A DNA stretch of 64,000 nucleotides from an uncultured Chloroflexia bacterium. Its GTDB lineage: Bacteria; Chloroflexota; Limnocylindria; Limnocylindrales; CSP1-4. The stretch lies in assembly GCA_963819655.1 (NCBI GenBank), contig CAWFXA010000003.1, forward strand, positions 288,001-352,000, read 5' to 3'. The notes under the pieces were generated by a model that was not told the DNA's origin, made no database searches, and was given only the letters and a program-made list of their open reading frames with translations. Positions 50,440 to 59,477 of the stretch are shown here, one piece after another; the first letter of the stretch is position 1; each line of letters starts with the position of its first letter. Both the position numbers and the translations under genes were made by a program.

Positions 50440-52284
50440 TCAGACCCCGACGCGCTGGTGCCGCTTATTGGCCGCCCAGTCGTCACGGGCCTTGCGGACA
50501 GCCGCCCGCTCGCTGACCTCGGGCACGCCGACCTCCCACCAGGCACCGCCCTCCGTCCAGGTGTACTGGTCGATGGGGACCACGATCACATAGCTCCGAT
50601 CGGCCGCCTTGGCACGCGCAAACGCCGCCGGAAGGTCGTCGACGCCCTCGACACGCTCGGCGATCGCGCCCATCGCCTCGGCGTGCTTCACGAAGTCGAC
50701 CTGGACGTAGCGCTCGTGGCGCGAGGAGGACAGCAGGTTGTTGAACTCCGCGCCGCCGGTGTTGACCTGCAAGCGGTTGATGACCGCGTAACCGCCGTTG
50801 TCGCAGACCATGAAGATGACCTTCTGCCCGGTCATCACCGTCGAATAGATGTCCGAGTTCATCATCAGGTACGAGCCGTCGCCGACCCACGCGATGACGT
50901 CGCCCGTCGGGCGGGCGATCCGCGCGCCCCACGCGCCGGCGATCTCGTAGCCCATCGTCGAATAGCCGTACTCGGAGTCGAACGAGCCCACCGACTTCGA
51001 GCGCCAGCCCATCGTCAGCTCACCGGGCAGCCCGCCCGCCGCCGACAGGACGTAGTCCTCCGGGTCGGCGACCGCGTTGATCGCCTGGATGACCTCCGCG
51101 TACGCAGGCGGCCCGTCGTGTCGTCGGCCGGACCATGAATCGAGATAGGCGTGCCACTCCGCGATCTGCTCGTCGGCCATCGCCAGCCACTCCGGTGGTG
51201 CTGCGTACGTGCCAAGGATGGCGTCGATCGCCTCGAGCGAGACCTTCGCGTCGCCGACGACCGGCTGGGCGCCCTGCTTGTGCGCGTCCCACGACGCCGT
51301 GTTGACGGCCACGAACCGGACGTCCGGATCCCTGAACACCGACCATGACCCGGTCGTGAAGTCCTGGAGCCGCGTTCCGACGGCGATGACGACGTCGGCC
51401 TTCTCGGCGACCGCGTTGGCTGCGCGCGAGCCCGTCACCCCGATCGGGCCGGCGTAGTTCGGATGGTCGTGCGTGAGGGTCGACTTCCCGGCGACCGTCT
51501 CCACGACCGGGATCGCATGGCGTTCCGCGAAGGTGCGCAGCGTGTCGACCGCGCCCGAGTAGTGCACCCCGCCGCCCGCGATGATCAGTGGCCGTTGCGC
51601 GCGCCCGATCGCGGCCGCCGCAGCCTCAACGTCACGCGGATCCGGACCCGGCCGCCGGATGTAGTGGATCCTCGGCTCGAAGAACCGCTCCGGGAAGTCG
51701 TACGCCTCGGCCTGGACGTCCTGCGGGAGGGCGAAGAACGCCGGCCCGCGCGTCGCCGGATCGAGCATCACCGCCAGGGCCTGCGGCAGCGAGCGGACGA
51801 TCTGGGCGGGCTTCGTGATCCGGTCCCAGTAGCGGCTGACCGGCTTGAACGCGTCGGTCACGGTGATCGTCGGGTCACCGAAGTCTTCCACCTGCTGGAG
51901 CACGGGATCGACGATCCGATGCTGGAAGGTGTCGCCGGACAGGAGCAGGACCGGCAACCGGTTCGCATGCGCGACGGCCGCGGCAGTCACCATATTCGTC
52001 GAGCCCGGTCCGATCGACGAGGTCGCGATCATGATCCGCCGCCCGCGCATCGCCTTCGCGTAGGCCACGGCGGCGAGAGCCATCGACTGCTCGTTGTGGC
52101 CGCGGTAGGTCGGGAGCTCGGCCTGGACCGGCTCGAGCGCCTCGCCCAACGACGTCACGTTGCCGTGCCCGAAGATCGCGAACACGCCGGCGAAGAGCGG
52201 GACCTCCTCGCCGTCGATCCGCGTTCGCTGTGCGAGAAGCCAGCGGACGATCGCCTGGGCGGTGGTGAGTCGGATCGTCTTCAT
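50440..52284 (-). CDS. iolD: 3D-(3,5/4)-trihydroxycyclohexane-1,2-dione acylhydrolase
   Basis: TIRLTTAQA, AIFGHGNV, NEQ, SSIGPG, DPVLQQVE, EYGYSTMGYE, GDGSYLM, WWEVGVPEVS. Confidence 0.97.
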   Translation of the reverse strand: MKTIRLTTAQAIVRWLLAQRTRIDGEEVPLFAGVFAIFGHGNVTSLGEALEPVQAELPTYRGHNEQSMALAAVAYAKAMRGRRIMIATSSIGPGSTNMVTAAAVAHANRLPVLLLSGDTFQHRIVDPVLQQVEDFGDPTITVTDAFKPVSRYWDRITKPAQIVRSLPQALAVMLDPATRGPAFFALPQDVQAEAYDFPERFFEPRIHYIRRPGPDPRDVEAAAAAIGRAQRPLIIAGGGVHYSGAVDTLRTFAERHAIPVVETVAGKSTLTHDHPNYAGPIGVTGSRAANAVAEKADVVIAVGTRLQDFTTGSWSVFRDPDVRFVAVNTASWDAHKQGAQPVVGDAKVSLEAIDAILGTYAAPPEWLAMADEQIAEWHAYLDSWSGRRHDGPPAYAEVIQAINAVADPEDYVLSAAGGLPGELTMGWRSKSVGSFDSEYGYSTMGYEIAGAWGARIARPTGDVIAWVGDGSYLMMNSDIYSTVMTGQKVIFMVCDNGGYAVINRLQVNTGGAEFNNLLSSSRHERYVQVDFVKHAEAMGAIAERVEGVDDLPAAFARAKAADRSYVIVVPIDQYTWTEGGAWWEVGVPEVSERAAVRKARDDWAANKRHQRVGV

Positions 52285-53051
52285 GGCTTCCATCCTCGAA
52301 CGTTCGCAAGGTGCGCCTTCATCCCGTCCCGCAGGAACGGCTCCAGCGACGTCGTGAAATAGCGCGCCCCGCGGTCCAACCATTCGTGGGTCATGTCCGT
52401 CGTCGCCGCGTAGATCCCCAGGATCTTGTCCGATCCGACGACCGCCTCGGCGACGCGCTCGAGCGCGGCCAGGACGTCGGGATGGCGCAGGTCGCCCGGG
52501 TGACCGAGCGATTGCGACAGGTCGGTCGGTCCGAGGAACAGCACATCGATACCATCGATCGCCAGATAGTCGTCGATGGCGTCGACCGCGTCCTGCGTCT
52601 CGATCTGGATCACGACGAGTGTCTCGCGGTTCGCCCGCTCGACATACGCGCTGAGAGGCTCGCGCAGACCCCATTCGGACGCCCGGCTGCCGGCCAGCCC
52701 GCGGATGCCCCGCGGCGAGTACTTCACCGCCCGCACCGCCCGCTCCGCCTCGGCGGCGCTGTTCACCCACGGGATGTGCGCGCCGTGGGCGCCGGTATCG
52801 AGGTAGCGCAGGATCGTGGGCGGATCGTTCGTCGTCACCCGCACCATCGGTGTCACGCCGCGCGGCTCGATGGCTCGGCAGAGTTCCTCGACCTGGCCAG
52901 GCTGGAGCGTGCCGTGCTCGGCGTCGAAGACCAGGAAGTCCCAGCCGAGCAGCGCGACGTACTCGATGAGCGACGGCTCGGCCGTGCGGACGAAAGCCCC
53001 GAACGCCGGCTCCCCGGCGGCCAGCTTCGCCTTCGTCGCGTTCTGCAGCAT
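52281..53051 (-). CDS. HpcH/HpaI class II pyruvate aldolase
   Basis: FDAEHG, YSPRGIRG, QIET, FLGPTDLS; ATGA overlap with iolD. Confidence 0.9.
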   Translation of the reverse strand: MLQNATKAKLAAGEPAFGAFVRTAEPSLIEYVALLGWDFLVFDAEHGTLQPGQVEELCRAIEPRGVTPMVRVTTNDPPTILRYLDTGAHGAHIPWVNSAAEAERAVRAVKYSPRGIRGLAGSRASEWGLREPLSAYVERANRETLVVIQIETQDAVDAIDDYLAIDGIDVLFLGPTDLSQSLGHPGDLRHPDVLAALERVAEAVVGSDKILGIYAATTDMTHEWLDRGARYFTTSLEPFLRDGMKAHLANVRGWKP

Positions 53052-53063
53052 GACGGCCCTCGC

Positions 53064-54236
53064 TCAGTCGATCCGGAGGCTGACGACATCCTCCCACCGC
53101 TCGGATGACCACGAGCGGAACATCGCCGCGGCGACCGATGCGTTCGCCAGCGCGTCGGTGAAGCTCGGACTGTGGGGCCGCCCCGCGGCGACGGACTTCA
53201 GGAACGCCAGCGCTTCGATCAGCTTGAGATCCTCGAACCCGAGCGAGTTCCCGCCCCCGGGCACGATGTTCCCCTGGTTCGGGAAGGCGTCGCCCGCGAG
53301 GACGTCGATGAAGCCGTCGTTGGGCTGCTCTTCGGGAAGGTACAGGCGCAGCCGGTTGAGGCTCTCGTGATCCCACGACGCGGCCCCCTTCGAGCCGTTG
53401 AGTTCGAACGCCATCGAGCTCTGCGGCCCGACGATCGAGCGATCGGTCTCGAGCGTGCCGCGCGTGCCGTTCTCGAACTGGACGAGTGCCCCGACGTAAT
53501 CCTCGTTGGTCACCGCGCCCATGGGGTCGTCGGGCTTGCCGCGGTCGTAGTGCGTGCCGCTGCCCGGGACCGGCAGGGGCCGATGCTTGATGAAGGTCTC
53601 CTTGACGGCGACGACCCGGGTGATCGGTCCGCACATGAACTGGGCCATGTCGATGGCGTGGGACATCAGGTCGCTCAGGACGCCGAAGCCGGCCTCTTCC
53701 TGCAGGAAGCGCCAGGACAGCAGGCCGAGTCGGTCGCGCCCGTACATCGAGAAGAACCGACCACGGTAATGCGTCAGCTCGCCGAGACGTCCGTCCGCGA
53801 TGAGCTGGCGGGTGTACTGGACGAGCGGGGCCCAGCGGTAGTTGTAGCCACAGCCCGTGATCACGCCGGCGCGCCGACCAGCGAGCTCGATGGCCGCCGT
53901 CGCCTCCGGATCGATCCCGATGGGCTTCTCGCAGGAGATGTGCTTGCCGGCGGATGCCGCGGCCTCGGCGATCTGGCGATGGAGGGCGTTCGGTGCGGTG
54001 ATGTCCACGACATCGACGTCGTCGCGCGCGATGAGCTCGCGCCAGTCGAGCGTGCCGGTGGCGAACCCGAAGTTGTCGCGCGCGAGGTCGAGCCGCTCGG
54101 GGACGTTGTCCGCCACAGCGGCCAGGCGTGGCCGGATACCGGTCTCGGGGAAGTAGACCGGGATGTCGCGGTAGGCGCGCGAGTGCGCCTGACCCATCCA
54201 GCCGAAACCGACGACACCGATCCCGATCTCCGTCAC
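53064..54236 (-). CDS. Gfo/Idh/MocA oxidoreductase (cyclitol dehydrogenase-like)
   Basis: GFGWMGQAH, CEKP, GYNYR, SWRF, DLMSHAID, LGFEDLK. Confidence 0.9.
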   Translation of the reverse strand: MTEIGIGVVGFGWMGQAHSRAYRDIPVYFPETGIRPRLAAVADNVPERLDLARDNFGFATGTLDWRELIARDDVDVVDITAPNALHRQIAEAAASAGKHISCEKPIGIDPEATAAIELAGRRAGVITGCGYNYRWAPLVQYTRQLIADGRLGELTHYRGRFFSMYGRDRLGLLSWRFLQEEAGFGVLSDLMSHAIDMAQFMCGPITRVVAVKETFIKHRPLPVPGSGTHYDRGKPDDPMGAVTNEDYVGALVQFENGTRGTLETDRSIVGPQSSMAFELNGSKGAASWDHESLNRLRLYLPEEQPNDGFIDVLAGDAFPNQGNIVPGGGNSLGFEDLKLIEALAFLKSVAAGRPHSPSFTDALANASVAAAMFRSWSSERWEDVVSLRID

Positions 54237-55235
54237 TTGCCCACTCCTGCGTATGGCGCCGAGGCGGCGCGCCCCCAGACCTCCGGGTTGACGAGGTGTT
54301 CCGGTCGACGGCCCTCGGCGACATCGATCGCCTGCTGGAACGCAGCCCGGAAGATGCGCGCCTTGCCATCCGCCGTCGCCGACGCGACGTGTGGCGTGAC
54401 CACGACGTCGTCACGCCCGAGGAGCGGGTGCCCCACCGGCAAGGGCTCCGGCGACGTGACATCGAGTCCGGCTCCGAACAGGCGCCCGCTCTCGAGCGCG
54501 TCGAGCAGGGCGTCCTGGTCGACCAGTCCGCCCCGGGCCGTGTTGACGAAGACGGCCCCGGGCTTCATCGACCCGAACTCGCGGGCGCCGAACATGCCGA
54601 CCGAGGTCGCGCTCAACGGCACGTGGACCGACACGACGTCCGCACGCTCCAGGAGCTCCTCCAGCGTGTCCACGCGCTCCGTCCCAGCCGGGATCGCCGA
54701 CGCGTCGAGATACGGATCGAACACGGTCACCCGCATCCCGAGGCCGGCGGCGATCCGCGCCACGTGCCGGGCGATCCGGCCGAACCCGACGAGACCGAGC
54801 ACCTTGCCGTCGAGCTCGATCCCCTCGTGTCGGCTGTAGTAGCCCCTGGACAGGCCGGTCTCGTAGCGCCGACTCGGCGCGCCGGACGTTCTTGGCGACG
54901 CTCAGCATCAGCGTCACCGCGTGTTCAGCGGTCGAGACCGTGGGTCCGTCAGGGGCATTGCAGACCGCGATCCCGCGGCTGGTCGCTGCCTCGACATCGA
55001 TGGCGTCGACGCCGATCCCGGTCCTCGAGATGACCCTCAGGTTCGGTGCCCGATCCATGAACGCGGCGCCGTACTGCGCCGCCCCGACCACCGCGGCGAC
55101 AGCGGTGTCGACGCCAGCGTGCGGATCGTCCTCGGTCGCCGGGCCCAGGAGCGTGCAGGCGGCCGCGACCGCGGCGGCGAGCTCGGGGAGCACCGGTCGC
55201 TCGAACCAGATCGGCGGCAGCTCGGAGGGTGTCAC
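54233..55235 (-). CDS. SerA-like D-2-hydroxyacid dehydrogenase, +1 frameshift near 54860
   Basis: RTGIGVD and STAEH in one frame; ELDGKVLGLVGFGRIA, NTARG, GLDV, TPHVAS in the next. Confidence 0.85.
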
Positions 55236-56171
55236 GCCGGTCTCGTCGCCGGGCTGCCCGCGAACCGCGGCTCCGGCAGCCCGCTGACGCCGGCGTCGAT
55301 GGCGAAGAGCCCGCCGGCTTCCGGCTGCGCCGGGTCGATCAGCGTGGGACCCACCCCCGCCGATCGAGGTGATGAACAGCGTCGACAGGTCGGGGCCGCC
55401 GAAAGCCGGCATCGTCGGCTTCTCGACGGGGACGGCGATGCGCCGATCGATGACGCCCCCGGGCGTGACCCGGAGGACCGCCCAGCCGTACACACACGCG
55501 ATCCAATAGCAGCCACCCTCGTCGACGCACGCGCCGTCGGGCCTGCCCGGGAGGGACGCGAAGTCGAGGTAGACCCGCTCTCTGGTGGCATCGCCGGTCG
55601 AGACGTCGTAGTCGTACGCCCAGACGGTGTCGCGATGGGTATCCGCGAAGTACATCGTCCGCCCGTCCGGTGCGAAGGCCAGACCGTTCGTCACGCCGAT
55701 GCCGCTCCTGACCGTGACCGCCGTGCCGTCCGCCTCGACCCGGTGGAGCAGGCCGGTCGCCGGCCGGGTGCCGTCGCCAGAGGCGACGGCGGGGTCCGCC
55801 ATCGACCCGACCCAGAACCGCCCGGCCGGGTCGCAGCGCCCGTCGTTGAGGCGATTCCGCAGATCCACGGCTTCGAGGACCACCCACTCGGACCAGGCGC
55901 CGGACGACCAGTCGAGGAATGCCAGGCGGCCCTCGATGGCCACGAGCAGGCGTTCCGGCGTGTCCGTGAGGGCCAGCGACGCGGGCCGACCCGGTGCCGA
56001 TCGCTGCTCATCCAGGCCGGTCGCTGGGTCGAAGCGATGGACCGCTCGCCCATCGATATCCACCCAGTAGAGACGGGCCTCGGCCGGACTCCACGTCGGG
56101 CATTCGCCCAGCTGGGCACGGGCGGGCAGAACGCATGTCGCCGTTCGGTCATCCACGCGGGGATGGCTCAC
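55232..56171 (-). CDS. SMP-30/gluconolactonase family sugar lactonase, +1 frameshift near 55343
   Basis: LGECPTW, RLNDGRCD, NGLAF, PDGACVD, FGGPDL; tail QPEAGGLF...GLPE in the shifted frame. Confidence 0.85.
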
Positions 56172-57061
56172 GCGCCACGGCCGGTCAGGCCGCGCAGGAA
56201 CGCGACGCTCTCGACGGCGTCCGCCTTCGGCCCACTGCCTTCGGCCGGCTCTTCACGAAGGGAGACGTCCTGCTCGAGCACGTACCAGCCGCGGTAACCG
56301 TCGTCCTCGAGGAACTCGATCACGCCGGCGATGTCGACGCCGCCTTGGCCCAGCGGGACGAACAACCCATCGATGACCGACTGGCGGAAAGGGATTTCGC
56401 CCGACCGGACCCGCTCGGCGCCCGCCGCGTCGACGTCCTTGAGGTGGACGTGGAGGACGCGCCCGCGAGCGGCGCGCACGACATCGACCGGGTCCGCGCC
56501 GCCGAGGTAGACGTGGCCGGTGTCGACGCACAGCCCGACGTCGGACGACCCGAGCAATCGGTCGATATCCGGCCCGGTCGCGATGGCCAGGCCCCAATGG
56601 GGATGCAGCGCGGTCTTCAAGCCGGCATCGGTGACGAGCGAGTCGAGGCGCTGGAGATTGGCCAGGAACGTCGTCCACTCGTCGTCGCTCATGTCCACCG
56701 GTGTGTCGTAGCCGGGGTGCTGCGACGAGGGGCCAAGAACGAGCACCTCTGAACCAGTCGAGGCCAACTGCCGAGCCGCACGCGTCACGTACTCGAGCTC
56801 CGCCTCGATCCGGTCCGGGCGGTAGAGGAGCGCCGGCACGAACCCGCCGACGATGCTCATGTCGAACCGGGAGAGGTACTCCCGAAGCTCGGCCGGATCG
56901 GTCGGCAGGTAGCCATCGGGCCCCAGCTCCGTCGCCGACAGGCCGGACTCGACCATCTCCCGCATGACCCGGTCGCGGTCCATCAGGTAGCCCCAGCCCG
57001 GGGAGCCGTCGACGCCCCATGTGATCGGTGCGCCCGCCACTCGTTCGAGGAGATCGCTCAC
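56168..57061 (-). CDS. iolE: Myo-inosose-2 dehydratase-like TIM barrel (IolE/MocC), copy 2
   Basis: AGAPITWGV, TELGPDG, LHPHWG, VDTGH, HVHLKD, PLGQG, WYVLEQD. Confidence 0.8.
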   Translation of the reverse strand: MSDLLERVAGAPITWGVDGSPGWGYLMDRDRVMREMVESGLSATELGPDGYLPTDPAELREYLSRFDMSIVGGFVPALLYRPDRIEAELEYVTRAARQLASTGSEVLVLGPSSQHPGYDTPVDMSDDEWTTFLANLQRLDSLVTDAGLKTALHPHWGLAIATGPDIDRLLGSSDVGLCVDTGHVYLGGADPVDVVRAARGRVLHVHLKDVDAAGAERVRSGEIPFRQSVIDGLFVPLGQGGVDIAGVIEFLEDDGYRGWYVLEQDVSLREEPAEGSGPKADAVESVAFLRGLTGRGA

Positions 57062-57098
57062 GTGCTCACGACCCTCCGATGATGCCGCCGTTCCGGTG

Positions 57099-57146
57099 TT
57101 GACGGTCAGATTATCGTGCTGGTAGGGTGCTGTGCAATCGGTTGCA
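57099..57146 (+). promoter_or_regulatory. Sigma70 promoter plus LacI-type operator
   Basis: TTGACG-18-(TGn)TAGGGT, then TGCAATCGGTTGCA at 57133-57146. Confidence 0.75.
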
Positions 57147-57166
57147 TTGACGAAGGGAGAGCCGGC

Positions 57167-58408
57167 ATGCCCGGACCCGGCATCGAGCTGATCGGCGAAG
57201 AAGAGATCGCCGAGGTCATGCAGGTCCTCACCAGCCGTGCACTCAGCCGCTACGGCAACGCCGACGATCCGACATTCGGGGCGAAGGTCCGCAACGTCGA
57301 GAAGGAGATCGCCGCACTCGCCGGCGTCCGCTTCGCGCTGGGCCTCCACGGCGGTGGCTCGAGCGGGCTGTGGCTGTCGCTGATGGGCCTGGGCATCGGG
57401 CCGGGTGACGAAGTCATCGTGCCCGGCTTCACCTACGTCGCCTCGATCTCGGCGATCGTCTACGCTCGAGCGCTCCCGGTCCTCGCCGAGGTCGACGACT
57501 CGTTCAACCTCGACCCGGCCGACGTCGAGGCGCGGATCACCCCGCGCACCCGGGCGATCATCGTGGTCCACATGCTCGGCGCGCCGGCCAGGCTCGACGA
57601 GCTCAAGGACATCGCCGACCGCCACGGCATCGCGCTCATCGAGGACTGCGCCCAGGCGTTCGGGGCGAGCTATCAGGGCCAGGGCGTCGGCGGGATCGGC
57701 TTGGCCGGGGTGTACAGCTTCAACGAGTACAAGACGATCACCTGCGGCGATGGCGGGATGATCGTCACCGACGACGAGGACCTTTACAACCGGCTCTTCG
57801 CGATCCACGACCAGGGACATGCGCCGAACCGCCTCAGCTCGAAGTACGCGGAGCGCCCGTTCCTCGGCATGAACTTCCGGATGACCGAGCTGTCCGGCGC
57901 CGTTCTGCTCGCCCAGGTCAGGAAGCTCGACATGATCCGGTCGCATCTGCGGGAGAACAAGAAGATCGTGAAGGCGGCCATCGAGGACCTGCCCGGGCTC
58001 GGCTTCCGCGCGATCGTCGACCCGGAAGGCGATCTGGCGACGCATCTCGTCGTCACGTTCCCATCTGCGGAGGTTGCGAAAGCCGTGACGGCGGAGCTCG
58101 GTTCGATCCCGCTCGCCGCGTCCGGTTGGCACGTCTACTCGAACATGGAGCACCTCCTCGAGAAACGGACCGTCAGCGGGAAGGGCTGCCCGTTCGACTG
58201 CTCGTGCTTCGGCCACGGGAAGGCCGACTACCGGGCCGGCATGCTGCCGCAGACCGACGCGCTGCTCGCTCGCTCGATGAGCATCGGCATCGGCGTCTCC
58301 GACGCCAACCTGGCGCCGTTCGGCCTGCGGATGCGTGACGACGAGGCCGCCGCACGCAGCGTCGCGGCCCGCTTCCGCGAAGCGGCCGGCAAGCACCTGG
58401 CCGGCTGA
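57167..58408 (+). CDS. DegT/DnrJ/EryC1/StrS PLP aminotransferase (B2), close paralog of 34249..35481
   Basis: MPGPG start, IEDCAQAFGA, SFNEYKTITCGDGG, NFRMTEL, GCPFDCSC. Confidence 0.9.
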   Translation: MPGPGIELIGEEEIAEVMQVLTSRALSRYGNADDPTFGAKVRNVEKEIAALAGVRFALGLHGGGSSGLWLSLMGLGIGPGDEVIVPGFTYVASISAIVYARALPVLAEVDDSFNLDPADVEARITPRTRAIIVVHMLGAPARLDELKDIADRHGIALIEDCAQAFGASYQGQGVGGIGLAGVYSFNEYKTITCGDGGMIVTDDEDLYNRLFAIHDQGHAPNRLSSKYAERPFLGMNFRMTELSGAVLLAQVRKLDMIRSHLRENKKIVKAAIEDLPGLGFRAIVDPEGDLATHLVVTFPSAEVAKAVTAELGSIPLAASGWHVYSNMEHLLEKRTVSGKGCPFDCSCFGHGKADYRAGMLPQTDALLARSMSIGIGVSDANLAPFGLRMRDDEAAARSVAARFREAAGKHLAG

Positions 58409-58416
58409 GTCAGGCC

Positions 58417-59475
58417 GTGGCGCCGCCGTCCGACATCGGCATCGGCATGGTCGGGTACGGACTGGCCGGACGACTGTTCCATGCGCCCTACATCGACGCC
58501 GTGGACGGGCTGCGCATCCGGGCGGTCGCGACCTCGAACCCGGATCGCCGTGCACAGGCGCTGACCGATCGCCCTGATGCCGACGTGGTCGACTCGGTCG
58601 ACGCACTCCTGGCGCACCCCGACGTCGAGGTCGTCGTCGTCGTGACGCCCAACCGGTCACACGCCCCGATCGGCGAGCAGGCGCTCGCCGCGGGTCACCA
58701 CGTCGTCGTCGACAAGCCGATCGCGATGAGCGTCCCGGAGGCGGAGGCACTGATCGAAGCCGGCGAGCGCGCGGGACGGATCCTGTCGGTCTACCAGAAC
58801 CGGCGTTGGGACGGCGATCTCCAGACCGTCAGGCCCCTGATCGAGAGTGGCGTCCTCGGCCCGATCGATAGCCTCGAGGCGCGTTTCGAGCGCTGGGCGG
58901 CGGTCGGCCCCGAATGGCGCGAGACGGCCGAGGAAGCGGGCGGCCCGCACCGCGACCTTGGCGCCCACCTCGTCGACCAGAGCCTGCTGCTGTTCGGGGA
59001 CGTGACCCGCGTCTTCGCCCAGATGGACAGCCGTCGTCCGCGGAGTCGGGTCGAGGATTCGGTGTTCATGGCGATGGACCACGCCAACGGCGTCCGGTCG
59101 CGTCTGTGGACCTCGCTGATAGCCGTCCGGCTCGGTCCACGGCTTCGGGTCCGAGGCCTGGCTGGCGAGTACATCAAGGAGGACCTCGACCCGCAGGAGC
59201 GCCAGCTCCTCGACGGGATGCGGCCCCTGGACCCGGGCTTCGGCGAGGAACCCGCGGAGCGGTGGGGGAGCGTCCTGGCCAGCGACGGTTCCCGGACGGT
59301 CATCCCCACGATGCGCGGGGATTACCGGGGCTACTACGAGGCGCTCCGCGACGCGGTCCGGGGAGTAGGGGCAGTGCCGGTCGATCCGGCCAATTCGGTC
59401 CGCGGCTTGCGCGTGCTCGAGGCCGCCGAGCGCTCCGCGCGGAGCGGCGCGGTCGAAGCGGTCTCGAACGGCTAG
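58417..59475 (+). CDS. Gfo/Idh/MocA oxidoreductase (IolW/YdgJ-like)
   Basis: GYGLAGRLFHAP, VVDKP, YQNRRWDGD, DLGAHLVDQ, DPQE. Confidence 0.85.
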   Translation: MAPPSDIGIGMVGYGLAGRLFHAPYIDAVDGLRIRAVATSNPDRRAQALTDRPDADVVDSVDALLAHPDVEVVVVVTPNRSHAPIGEQALAAGHHVVVDKPIAMSVPEAEALIEAGERAGRILSVYQNRRWDGDLQTVRPLIESGVLGPIDSLEARFERWAAVGPEWRETAEEAGGPHRDLGAHLVDQSLLLFGDVTRVFAQMDSRRPRSRVEDSVFMAMDHANGVRSRLWTSLIAVRLGPRLRVRGLAGEYIKEDLDPQERQLLDGMRPLDPGFGEEPAERWGSVLASDGSRTVIPTMRGDYRGYYEALRDAVRGVGAVPVDPANSVRGLRVLEAAERSARSGAVEAVSNG

Positions 59476-59477
59476 CC

